Source: Lama glama (Eukaryota). Taken from it: 64,000 bases of DNA. The notes below the pieces were generated by a model. The model saw only the letters and a program-made list of their open reading frames with translations, had not been told where the DNA came from and did not search any database. The position numbers and the translations under genes were made by a program. Positions 11,456 to 23,858 of this stretch are shown piece after piece. The first letter of the stretch is position 1; the number at the start of each line of letters is the position of its first letter. Location of the stretch: the NCBI GenBank assembly GCA_028534125.1, contig CM052816.1, positions 21,826,001 to 21,890,000 on the forward strand, in the 5' to 3' direction.

Positions 11456-14070
11456 CCTAGAACCATTCTTATTATCTCTTTCTTTACACTTACTCAAACG
11501 AATTATGTCTTGTCCTTTCTACCCCAAAATCTATTTCCATCTCCACAACTTTGTAGCCCAAATAATCATCAGTCTTCCCTCTTGGCTGGTCTTCCAGCTT
11601 CCACTTTTACCTCACATCAGTCCACTCTTAACAGTCTTTCCAAAGAGGCATTCTACTATTCTCTCACTGATTAAACACTGTTTAAGGATTATATCCAAAC
11701 TGCCTACCTTAGCATATTGATCCTTTGTAATATGGCACCAGCTTATCTCTCCAGCCCCATCTCTTTCTTCTTTATTTGTACCGCATGCTTCAGCCTATAT
11801 TTATAATGCCCCAGATGGGCTTTGGCACACGTTCCCTCTGCCTGGAGAGCACGTTCCTCTCCAGCCATGTAACAGCCATTCCCCCTTCCCCTGCTATCTT
11901 CATCTGTCCTTCAGAGTTCAACTCAGCCATCTTTTTTCAGTGAATCCTGTCCCATACTGGGTAAGGTGCTATATCAGAAAAGCATTCACTCTGACATAAA
12001 ACCTGCAGTGTCTTAAACACATTGGGTGTGTTTTTGTGGTTTTTCTCACATATAAGAAGTCCAAAGATAGGCAGTCCAAGGCATGTACAGGTCCTCAAAG
12101 ACCTAGGCTCTGCCTGTCTTTCCACTCTCCATCCTTAGTATGTTAGCTTATCACCTTATGGTCACAAGGTGGCTGCTACAGCTTTGGACGTTGTCCATAG
12201 TCAGGGAAGGAAAAAAGGAGAGTGGGTGGAGATAGCTATGTCCAAACCTTTTATTAGGAATGCAGAAGCCTTCCCATCTCACTCGGCAAAGATGGATCTC
12301 ATGACTACCCCTTTGCCAAAAGGGAGGCTGGGAAATCAGGGAAAAGGAATGTCCTAATTGACATAGAGCACCATGGCCCCAAACAGATTCTGAGTTCTAT
12401 TAGCACAGAAGAGGTAGGGAGTGGGAAAGCAGCTGACAGGTGCTTGTCCCTCATACTGCAGCATCTCATATTGTAAGCTCCATGTGGGCAGAGATTGTGT
12501 CCTGCTCTTCCTTACATCCCTGGTGCCTTACACTATACCTGACACACAGTAGTTGCTCAAATAATATCAGTTAAGCAAAACAACAAATGAAAGCATATGT
12601 GTATTTAACATATATATTTTGAATGCAATTTTAAAAGACTATATTATGGCAGTTCATTTGCCATTTAATGATATGGATCTCTGACCTCAACAAAGTAATT
12701 GAATTTAGACCTGGCTGTCAGTCAGGATACAATTTCTTGGAGACAGTGTCACTCTAGGATTCAGCTCAAGCTCAGACGATAAACTTCTTGTAGAACTGCC
12801 AGTGACCCTTTCAGCTGTAATCCCGTATGGGAGGAGCCTGCCCAGGGCCCCCCAGGTTAGTTCATCTATCTCTCTGGCCTTGCAAAGGGACTTTGTATGA
12901 AGAGGCCTGGGATCTGCTTCATGGAAATAGGCCGTGTGAACACTCAGTCTGATCCCTCTATGCTTCCTTCCAGTAATGTGAGAAAATTCTCTGGTGGATC
13001 TTTTTTTTTTTAAACAGACTCATCATGCCGCACTCCCCACACCCCACCACCACTTTGACTTTATATCCCTCCTGTGAATGGCACCACAGCTTTCCAAGCT
13101 AGAAACCTGGGAGTCCAACAGGCCACCTCCTCCTTTATTACATCCTGCACCTTTACCTCTGAATCACTCTTAGAACTGCTTACTTGTCTCTGCCATTGCT
13201 CTGAGTGCAGGCCCTTCTCTCCTCTCCTGTGGATTAGTCAGATCCTTCTGATTGGTTTCCCTGCTTCCAATCTTAACGTCTGTGAAAAACCATTTTCACA
13301 TTTCCCTTGGTGACACCCTTCTAAAACATGTATTCAGCCACATCACTGCCCTGTATAAAAACCTCCAGTGCCTTCCTACTCTTCCTCTATAAGCTGTCCT
13401 GTCTACCCCTTCAGCTTCATCTCTCACCCCCTTTGCCTCCTACTTTAGGTAACTACAACAGAAACCAGTTGGTTTTCCTTTTCCATGCTCTTGCCATTTC
13501 TCACTCCTGTAGCTTTGCTCTTGGGGTTGCCTCTGCCTGGGATGCCCTTCGCCTCCAACCTCTCCTCCTTTACTGATTAACTCTTACTCATTCTTCATCT
13601 TAGCCAAAAGGCTGATTAATGATAACTTATCCATTCTTTAACACTCACCTGATTTGGGAAGGCTTCCCTAACTGCCCCTCCCTCTCCCCTGTCATAACTG
13701 AGTTAGGTGCCCTTCATCCTGTGTATACCGTGTCGTCTAATAATTGCCCAGTGTGTCTGCTTTACTGGATGCCAGTGTGTACTCCCTGAGGGCAGGGGCA
13801 CTCCGGATTCCTCTTTGTGCCCTCAGTGCCCGGCACCGAGTAAGCAACCAGTTCACTTCTGTTGCCTGGCTAAGTGGAGGAGTAGGAAGGAAAAAAGGTG
13901 GCTTTCAGACATATTAAAGAGTCTGAAATGTATTAAGATAATTGACTTTTACATAGGCAGTGTTTTTATATCAACGTATCTATTCCCATATGCCTGTTTA
14001 CTTTTATCATGTATGCTATGAATGTTGTGTTATATTCCTGATGAAGATGTATTCTGCATTTGGTTTTTAG

Positions 14071-14208
14071 GTTAAAGCCATTCACATCCACTCTGACATG
14101 TTCTCAGTTCAAAATGGCTTGCTGACACCAACACTAAAGGCTAAGAGACCTGAACTGAGAGAGTACTTCAAAAAACAAATAGAAGAGCTTTACTCAACCT
14201 CCATGTGA
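14071..14208 (+). CDS. ACSL6: ACSL6 terminal coding exon: VKAIHIHSDMFSVQNGLLTPTLKAKRPELREYFKKQIEELYSTSM*
   Basis: TTTTTAG acceptor; NGLLTPTLKxKR motif of the adenylate-forming C-terminal domain; TGA at 14206-14208. Confidence 0.96.
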   Translation, partial: VKAIHIHSDMFSVQNGLLTPTLKAKRPELREYFKKQIEELYSTSM

Positions 14209-17200
14209 AGTTCAAGGAAAGTTCTTCCCAGTATAATGGACTATGTAGCAATATTATAGTTATTCTTGGAAGTAATGAGTCAGAATGATGCAGCCGAAAA
14301 TGAAACGCACGTGACCTTATGACTGAGTCTTTTCCTGTCCCAAGAGGTCCTTAACAATATTTTCTCTATCATCACCAAGTATACTTTATTTTTATTACAA
14401 GGGTATTGTAGCAAGCTGCTAAAAATATTGCAAATGGCAATGTAAAAATCAAGACTTTTCTCAAGAACTGTGTACCACTAAAAGTAATATATTCTCAATG
14501 TTCACAGAACTTCTATTAAACATAAAGGAAAAACATAACTGATATATTGTACTTAATTATTTGTGGCATAGTAGCCAGGTACAGCAAATATCTAGGCAGT
14601 GTGGACTACCTCATTCAATAACTAATGGTCAAAATCATAATTAAATCATGCTTAAAAATGAAAACTAATACAGAATCATGCTAAAACACAAAACATGATA
14701 GCTCACATTCTACATAACTGCAGATTCTTTAAACAATGACAATCCTTATTGATGTGAAAAAAATTTTCTCTCTGGCTTTTACTTTTATTCATGAAGAATG
14801 CAAAGTTGAATATTCTTAAAACAAATGTATTTACATAACATTTTACAAAGATCTTTCAATACATTTTCATATTCATTAAACTCATTAAAATATTAAGGAA
14901 CTACCTAGAAAAAATGTAATGTACAACTATTTCAAGGACAGTATGCGTATGTTCGTGGAAGTCTTACCACGTGAATTATAAAAGCTGTCTGTTGACTCTA
15001 CAATGAATGGACCTTTGGGGGAGACTTAGGAGAAGAAACCCAGAATTATTTCTCAGGGCGGGCAACAATTAATGTATCTATGTTCTTTGCTGGGATCTTC
15101 TAGTCTTCCATTCTCACTATGTCCATGCCAGGCCTGGGAAACCCAATATGGGAACAATTCTGAATGATTACACTTACTTCCAGGAAGACTATCAAGGCAG
15201 GATGCAGGGAGGAGGGGATGTTATTTCCAAATAAAATAATTGTTCAACAACTTAAGTTTGAAGAACCTCTTCCAGATACCCCTAGAAAACTTTTTAAGTC
15301 CATTATAGATAAATATCTCCTTAGGGAATAATTCCATTCATAGAATCTCTAACCACTTCTAAGCTTACCCACAAAAACCTCTTTTCTTGCATAATGTATT
15401 TTAAATACTTCTTGCACTTGGGTGCCAACAACATCATAGTTAAAGCCCAGCACAGACAGCAGTTAAGTTGCAAACCTCAGACTGCATCTGCAGAAGGGCC
15501 TGCAGAGCCAGGACTCTGAAAACAGAGTGGGGGCAGTATTCACCGTCCAGAAGCTCCTATCCTCTGGAGCAAATCCAAAATGTGAATAAATGCTCTTGGT
15601 TAGAAATAGCATAATCACACAGGCTTACTAGATGAATCTGCATCAGTGATTATACACTGATATTTCAGTCTTTGCAAAAGTGGACCACAGCTTCATTTGA
15701 TGTATTTATTCAATGTTTCACATGTTTCTTTGCTGCATTCTCTCTGCAGTCCCACTACTGGCATGTATAGATTTGACTTTCAGTTAAATGAGTTAGTGCT
15801 AGGCATGTTCATTTTTAAAGGCATTTCTGAATAAACCAATACTAAAAATGTCCAAGGACACATCTATATAGCATTAATTTTTATATTTAATATATATTTT
15901 ATTAATTAAAAGAGAAAATCATTACCAGAATTGAATATTCATGCTATTTTAAAGGCAAGTAGTTTCACGTTTTGGAGAAAATGAAGCTGTTTCCCATTGT
16001 CCCTCCACTCAACTAAATTGTCATAGTTTGTTTCCAAAAGATTTGGGGAAATAGCAAATAATTTAAGATTTATTTTGATTCTGTTTATACTTCATAATAC
16101 TTAGAGATGACTGTGGATAACTTAAGATTTCTTCTTTTTCTCACTTTAATCTTATGTTTCTAATAGACTTCCTGATCTGTGTGTAAACCATCACACTTGC
16201 GCCTATAAATAGGTTACTGCGGATGTGCTGAGAAAAGTCAACAGTGGGCCCTAAATATATTGCATGTACATTTATCTTTTCCTCTGTTTAACTCCACTGA
16301 ATTTTTTAATAAAGGAGAAATGAAACAATATGTGTTAACAGAAAAATCCTTCTTGCTTCAGATTTCCCAGTTTTATTTTGAGGGGAAAAAGTCTGTATCT
16401 CTCTTTAACCAATATTGAAAAAGGCTGTGTACTTAAGACATTTACATTCATGGTGGATGTCACATCTGTTTAAGTCTAGAGGTATAACAGAGATCAATTA
16501 CTTAAGCATAAATGTGTTATTAAGTGCTTAGCCTTTTATGTGTTTCTCATTCAAATGTGTTAGTAATTCTTATATTTTACAAACTAAACTTATTGTATAT
16601 AAAGCTATAACATAGAATATACACTATTTTTTTTCCTTTTGCCATAAAAGATATCTTTATATTATATTGTGATTCCCCTCCAGGTGAAAGAAAACTGACC
16701 AGGCATGGTGTATAGGCCTAACTCCACATATTAGGAACTCACAAACCGAGACATTACATGTCTCCTTTACATGAACAAGTCAACTTTTCACTCTCAATTT
16801 AGATAAAACTACAAGCATGAGAAAAATATAGAACGTTTCATTGCAGTTTTTATAGTCAGGTAATGTTTTAGCAACTTGAAATCAGCACTTAATTTGTATT
16901 ACCCATCAAAGAACCAATAATATTTTATTTTTCTGCAGTAAAGGAAATGAATTATCTTTATTTTCCAAATGTCTAAAGCACAAATGTGATATAGTTACTT
17001 AGAATACAAAATACTATGAAATGAATGTAAAGAATGGAAAAATGTATTTTTGCATGAAAAACAAATCACTTACAAACTTGCTTTATGTCTCAGGAAAAAA
17101 AATAATGAATGATCATATATAAAATTGATAAACTATATGTTGAGCTTAGTTGCTGTATTTTCTTGCCTGTTTCTATTTTAAGGAAGCATATACATGAAAA

Positions 17201-17720
17201 GAAAAAAACCATCCTGATAGTCTGAATTTTCTCTAAAGTATGCTGCACAGTGCTTTGTGTGAATCTACAGTTAACTGCAGTAAGAATGGGATTAACTTGC
17301 AAGTGAGGACAAAGCCCTAAATGAAAAACTGTTCACTTAGAACATATGAATAGTTAAAACCCAGAGGCAATAGATAAATGCTACCTGGAACACAAGCATT
17401 TCTAAGCACGGTCCCAAACAAAAGATTTTCATGAGCTGACCGTGGCTTTTAAGCATTCATTTGACTGATTATTTTTATTTTCCTTGTTAAGTCATTGCAA
17501 CAATTGCATGGGGGGAAAAGGATATTTTTTGAAAAGTTGCTTCTTCTACTTTGAATTTCTAAAAATTGAGATTAAAAATTTACCTTTTAAATATGCATAA
17601 AAGTATTTTAACTGTAATTATATTTTTAGTTGCTTTGTTATAATAGCATGCATATCAAATATAAAATGCATTTACAAAAACTTTTGTAAAAAATAAAGAT
17701 TTTTTTGTTTCTCAAAGTTG
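14209..17720 (+). other. ACSL6: ACSL6 3' UTR (end approximate)
   Basis: Repeat-poor AT-rich sequence after the stop; AATAAA at 15230, 15585, 15830, 16308 and 17692, the last followed by a T-rich tract. Confidence 0.6.
17692..17697 (+). terminator. Likely distal polyadenylation signal of ACSL6
   Basis: AATAAA followed by TTTTTTTGTTTCTC and T-rich downstream sequence; repeat-like sequence resumes soon after. Confidence 0.5.
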
Positions 17721-20700
17721 CTTATAATTACTATTTTATATATTTATTTAGTGTAACCCCTTGATGTTAGTCTGTTTGGTAATCATAGATCATAGTTCTT
17801 ATGGTAAACATGGTATCAGGCTGTATCACTAGTCAGCATACTCTACATCCTCTGTAAGGGTCCCCAAACTCCAAAGACTTATGGTCCCCCCGAGAAGCTC
17901 TCCTTTGCTTTGCACATTTGCTATTGCCAAATGTGTCCTGAATTTAATTCATTTTTATATTTTTAAAGGAACAAATCACTGTATTCAAATTTTGCACCAT
18001 GATGACCCTTAAACAGTATTTCCATGATGTCTTTACCCATATACAATTGACAGGTACACTTTCTTTAAAATGGTATATTCTGCCATGTCTGAGTTATGCA
18101 GAGTCTGCCTTTTTTATATATTTGCTACCATCGACTCCTCTCTATTTTCACAGCTTTTAGTGTATTTGGGGCCACTCTCATCTCTTGTCTGGAATATTAC
18201 AGTGCTTTTAAAATTAGTCTTCCTGTTTCCACCTCAGCTTTCTCAGATTTCACCATCCACATTTCAATCAGGGCAAGCTTTCTAAATTGAAAATCTGGTC
18301 GTGCCAGTCTCCTGCTTAATATTCCTTCGATGACTTCCCATAGTTTCCAGGATAAAATTCAGACTCCCTGGTTCAGCACACAGGGTCCATCATCTCTCCT
18401 CCAGCCCTTCCTCCATAGAGCCTTGTCTCCAGTCATACCAATTACTTTTTGCAGTGCCCTAAAAGCATCATGCTTTTCTTTGCCTCCATGCAGCACTTAC
18501 AGTCCCCTTTTCATAGAATACCCTTCGCTTTTATCCCCCTAATTCCTACCATTCATCTTTTGAAATTCAACTATCCTTTTCTTTAAGAAGCTTCTCACAT
18601 GGTTGTGTGGTTAACTATCCCTCTGCCCCACTCCCACTCAGACTGTGAGTTGAGGATGTAGCCCCAGTGCAAAAAGTCTGGCCCACAATGGATGCTCAAG
18701 AAAAGTTTCATGAATGAAAATCTCCTTGACTCTTTTTCACATGTTACATAGCATTAAGATGGCAATACCTGAAGGTACATTTCATGTATCCCTGTTTTTT
18801 TTTTTCCCATCTTGTCAACTAGGCAAAAATAAGCTGATTTTCAGTTGAACCCTAAAATCTGTGGATGGTACCACAAATGAAGCTGCTCAGGGCTGGGAAG
18901 GGATTCACTATGTAAGAAAACATTATTCAGAAAGATTTCCTCTGGGCTCCAGAGAATCTTAAACCCACACACTGGCTGTTTTCCCAAAAGCTTTCTTCAG
19001 AAATCTCTCAAAACTTGGAATTTGTTTTCCTATGGAAGTTAGGATCTCCGTAACTGTTCCAAATCAAGTCAAACCCATCACATAACCAAAATAAAACCCT
19101 GAAAGCAGAAATCTGAATGGAGATATGGAAGCAGTACAACAGGGAAAAGAAAGATGTTCAATTTAACACTCAGCTGAACGCTTGCACTGGAATTTGTGCA
19201 TTTGGGGTTGGAGCAAGGGGAAGGAGATGACTGAGTTGAGATATCTCTACCCTACCTCACATTTTTATAGGGGAATCATTTCCTTCCACTTTCATAGGCT
19301 GGCTAGGTGAAGCGTTTAAATCGACCAAATCTGTCTGTAGTCCCTTCCCCTCCCCTTGCTTCTTAAGGCTTCAAACTCCTTTCCTTACTCTCCCCATCCC
19401 TTTCTCTTCCATGTGTTAGGAGGAATGGGAACATGGTAAGCACACTAACTAGCTGAATGTCAGGAGCTCCATGCCATCTGTGCCAGCCATCTGTCATGAT
19501 GAGTCTCCAAGGCTGTGGTTTGCTCAGCTTCAAACAGAGGGGACAAGCAGATCTCTCCAAGGATGGTTTTGGCTCAAGAAATCATACCAAAGGTTATTTC
19601 CAGTTTTGAAACCTAGGCATTAACTCCCATAAACCTTTACTTGATGGTACTTCAGTGAATGTAGTTCAGTATAGAATTCCAGGGATTAGCGCCACCAAAG
19701 GACAGATCAGTTTTTGCTTTAAGCTGTTTTCCTTTTTCAATATGTCTTCCATGTCTAGGCCAAGGGCATTCCAGTACCGAGACTTCCCAAAGGTCATTTA
19801 AGTTTTTTTTCACAACATTCTGCAAAGGGAAAGAGGAGAGCCTGAAGACCTGGCTTGTAAACTAGAGACTGCCTGTTGGCATATTGTGGATGTGACTAAA
19901 GAAAAGATATTGAAATATGATAATAGCTTTATACTGTAATAAAACTGTGAGATTCTTGACTTGAATTAGAACCATTTCTAATTCACCTCTGTATCCCCAG
20001 GACCTACCACAATGCTTAACACAGAGTAAGCTGCTGGGTAAGTATTCATTCAGTGACTCAAAGCACTACCTAATCAGGTAAGAATGCCTATCCTCTGTTC
20101 TTTACAAAGTTGTTTTAACGATTAATTATGTATTAAATTGATTGTCATAAGTGACTCTCTATGGGCAGATCTTGAATAAAAAATTCAGAGTGATTTTATT
20201 ATGAAAATACTATGGATATATATGTGCTTGTATTTACACACACAATATTGCAACATCCCAGAAAAAGTCTTTGAGTTTTTGTAATTTCATCTGTACCATT
20301 GGCATTTTTCAATGTTAAATAATTTTTTTAGGTAAGAAGATGGTTATTATGTCCACAACATGCTTATCAGATGCAGCCTGATCGTTCAACCCGGGTGTAC
20401 AGAGAGGGTGGTCATTAGTATGTTCCTCCATTTGGGCAGAGCCAAAGAGCTGAGCCCTATGGCACTAGGAGGGGAGCCTCTGTGGAACTCTCTACCTAAA
20501 CCACAAGGCTGCCCAGAGATGACCAGAAGGTAGTTACTAAACAGGGACTGATGCATTCTGCTAGTCTCTGAGAAGAAACCTCCTGGAACCTAAGCTCTTC
20601 TAGTGCTTGTTTCACTCCCAAGTAAAATGGCCCCCCAGTAAACTGGCAGGCCCAGGGACTGAAGTTAATTGCTGAGGACGACACTCCCTGTCACTTTAAT

Positions 20701-21304
20701 GTGCTTTCGTTTCTCTGACCTTCCTGCACTGACTCAGGCTGACCCCCAGCTAGACTCTGTGTGCTCAGAGACCCTGTGTGCTCAGAGACCTCAAACTCCA
20801 CTACCACGGCCTTCCTGGTGATGTTAAGGAGAATGGCCCAGATATCAGTAGCAGTTGTTGGTCCCGTCAGATTAATGAGAAAATGAAAAGCAAAGGAACA
20901 ACCTACTGGACCAGGAAAAGCTTTTATCAATAATTTCCCCCTCGGGACAATGCGAGGATGCCGATGCAAGGATGCCTGCGCGTGAAGCCGCTGCCTGGAG
21001 CCCAGGGTCCAAGCCAACCTCCCGCCAAGCACCCAGGCGCTGCAGCAACAGGTGGGCCGACCCCGCCCCGTTCCTCCATCTTCCCAGAAGCCGCCGCGCG
21101 GTGTGGCCGAGATAAAAAGGCGGGAGCTAGGCCGGCCGCTCCAGTCTGGAGCGGGGGGCCGGCGTTGTAGGCTCTTCCCTGTTTTCTTACGTGTTTCCTC
21201 CTGGGCTGCTCCGCAGGCCAAGTCTGGACGCTGGTTCCTCAGGAAGGCCACGAGACAGGCCGTCGAGGGCTAGAAGGCCCCTGAGGCCTGGGAGTGGGGT
21301 GGCA

Positions 21305-21434
21305 ATGTGGTCGCTACGGGTCTATACCCGCAAGAAGCGGGCTGAGAGGCTCAACCTAACCCCGACGCCGGATCTGGGTGTCCCCGCAAAGGCAGAGGAC
21401 CCGTTAGGCCCTGGCCGAAGTCTCTCTGCCCACT
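21305..21434 (+). CDS. MEIKIN: MEIKIN coding exon 1: MWSLRVYTRKKRAERLNLTPTPDLGVPAKAEDPL(GPGRSLSAH); end is 21434 (GT donor) or 21407 (GC donor)
   Basis: N-terminus matches recalled MEIKIN MWPLRVYTRKKR...LNLTPTPDL; both candidate donors are phase 1 and fit exon 2. Confidence 0.85.
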
Positions 21435-21555
21435 GTAAGCCCCACCCGGCTGGCCTATGGAGCGGGCGGGGTGGGGGTGGCGGGCGCGTCTGGGCCGCAG
21501 CAGGATGGACCTCCAAGGCTTTCGCTCTAAAACGTACCGTACCGCCCTCTCTTAG

Positions 21556-21649
21556 GCCTGAAAAGAAAGGGCAAAACACACGGTTTGCCGAAAATCAAGG
21601 AGAAAGCGGAGCGGAGTGGGCAGGGAGGTAGCAGCTCTGGGCCGCTGAG
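21556..21649 (+). CDS. MEIKIN: MEIKIN exon 2 (94 nt): LKRKGKTHGLPKIKEKAERSGQGGSSSGPL
   Basis: CTCTCTTAG acceptor, GAG|GTGCGT donor; phase 1-2; similar to recalled human KRKGKVHGLSKIAEKAERS. Confidence 0.9.
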
Positions 21650-22050
21650 GTGCGTAGCCATGAGGAATAGGCTAATGCCTTCTCAAAACTTTAGTCCTCA
21701 TTTTCTGCTAACAGCCTCATTCTGAGAGTCTTTGAAGAACATGAATAGCTAGAATATTCTAATTTTGCTCTTATTGAAACACAGACCTAGAAATTTGACT
21801 TCGGAAAGATTTTTTTTAAGAGGAAATTTTGCCAAGTTACCTGAGAGCAAATGAGATAAAAACCTCCAGGAAAGCATTCCTGGCTTCAGTTGGGTATTGA
21901 TACAGTTCACCCACTGTGTTCGTTACTTGTTCCTAATGATGCCCCAGAGAGCCTTTCAGATTCTAAACAGGGTAAACAGTGAATGGGGATGAAGAGGGCC
22001 AAGTCCAGTCAGTGCAAACTTATTCTGTTGTTTGTTTGTTTGTTTGTTAG

Positions 22051-22138
22051 CACTCGGTTAAAAGGTACAGGAGAGAAAAGCCTGCAAGAAAATAGCACTA
22101 GTGCAGAGGCCCAGGATGAGAAGATCGCTCCACTGAAT
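22051..22138 (+). CDS. MEIKIN: MEIKIN exon 3 (88 nt): STRLKGTGEKSLQENSTSAEAQDEKIAPLN
   Basis: (GTTT)n-TAG acceptor, AAT|GTATGT donor; phase 2-0. Confidence 0.9.
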
Positions 22139-23797
22139 GTATGTATGTTTCTCCTGTGGTCCTTGAATATCTTCGTGTACAGACCCTGGTACCTGATGTA
22201 CCTCCAGATGAAACTATGGCATGGTCTTTGTTCAGTAGAGACTATATCGCTTTGTTGTGTTTTTTATAAACATTGATGCTGTGTCTTTAGACAGGACCTT
22301 GAATTTATGATTATAATAGATTCACAGCCATGCATTTTCGTTTTTTCTTTCCCTTGGCAGGAATTTGAGAATTCATTACTGGCTAGTTTTCTGTGTGACA
22401 GATATAAAACGTTTCTTAGTAATTCTTTTATATTTGGTAGTAGTTAAACACTTCAAAATCATTTTTATGTTTTCTCAAATTGCATTAGTAGCTAGAAAGA
22501 GAGGATTCATTATCATTAGAATATTATAAAACTTACTGATCTACCGTATTTAATATGGATTCTGTACATTATTTTAAAGATGTACAGCAGTAGTTTGGAA
22601 AAACTCAGGTTTTAAAAATTGCCGTGACTCATCTGACATTAGCATTAAATTTTATAGTCCTGGTCCAGTATTTTAGCTTGCATATTCTTTTAAAACCTGT
22701 TTTTGGAGAGAGGGAAGTTTTAACAAAAGTCATTTTTAAAGAAGGCTTTTCACTGAGATTTTGACAGTGTTAAGTGTTCCTAATAGATGACTGAGACTAT
22801 GCAAAAAAGTAAACATTTTCTTTTAATTTTAATATATTTCCTTCCATTCCTTTTTTTCTGTGCCTTTTAAAAATTTTTACAGAGTATCTTATTGTATATT
22901 CCTCTAACATTAAATAATTTTCAAAAATATGGTTTTTAGTGCCCGCATAGTCCTTTGTCTTATAGATAGATATATTGTAATTTTTATAACTATTTTTCTG
23001 GGGTTGGAGGATTGAGATTGTTTCCAAGGTTTTCACAGAAATTTTTTTGTGTACCTCAAATTGTTATCCTAAGACAGTTACTTTGCAGTGGGTCAAGGGT
23101 TAGATTATGTTTAAAGCTTTTGATTCATTTGGCCAATTGGCACCATCTTATCCTGAAACTTAAAGTATAAATACATATATACACATAATCTACATATACA
23201 TATATATATATTTGATGGATGAAAGGTAGCACGTTGTTTCACTTTCCATTTCTTTGAATGCTAATAAAGTCGATACTTTTTTCTCATTTTATTGGCCATT
23301 TGTATGGTTTTTTGTGAAATGCTCATTAGATATTGAAGATATTTATACTTTTGCACACACATATGACAAATACTTCCATATTTGTTAAACTATATTTTTG
23401 ATATTTTAAACTTATGTATCAGTCTTTTTTTAAAATTTATTTTACTTTCATATTTAGAGGGAAAAAAGCCCTTCCTATCTAGGGGATTAGAAAGAATCTA
23501 ATCTCTGTCTTCTAGTTGCTGGGTTATCCCACAACAGTTGGTTGACTACTATATTGTTGACTCCTTAGATATGTCCACAACATTATATTTTAAGATTTAT
23601 TTCTAGATTTAATATTAAATATCAGACTACATCTATATCAATCAGCTGAAAGAATCTGTTCCATATGAAACTGGCATACGAAGTCAACATTAGTTTTTCC
23701 TAATATTTTCAAAGTAGCCAAATCAATGTGATATAATATTGTAATATAAAAATATTCAATCTCATAATTTGTGCTATATCTTTCTTATCTCGCATAG

Positions 23798-23858
23798 GAG
23801 TCGGAGACATATTATCTCCAGGTTGACAGTAGTTCATCAAATAGTGAACTAACATCAG
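23798..23858 (+). CDS. MEIKIN: MEIKIN exon 4 (61 nt): ESETYYLQVDSSSSNSELTS
   Basis: CATAG acceptor, CAG|GTAAGA donor; phase 0-1; LQVDSSSSNSEL matches recalled MEIKIN. Confidence 0.9.

Larger units (their letters stand above)
20940..21660 (+). promoter_or_regulatory. MEIKIN: CpG-island promoter spanning MEIKIN exons 1-2
   Basis: Sharp rise in GC and CpG density against an AT-rich background; GC boxes; contains the MEIKIN ATG in context GGCAATGT. Confidence 0.85.

Noticed and set aside
20691..21251. 186-aa minus-strand ORF as a divergent gene
   Set aside because: Lies in a GC-rich CpG island where stops are rare, begins at a non-ATG codon, and has no recognisable domain.
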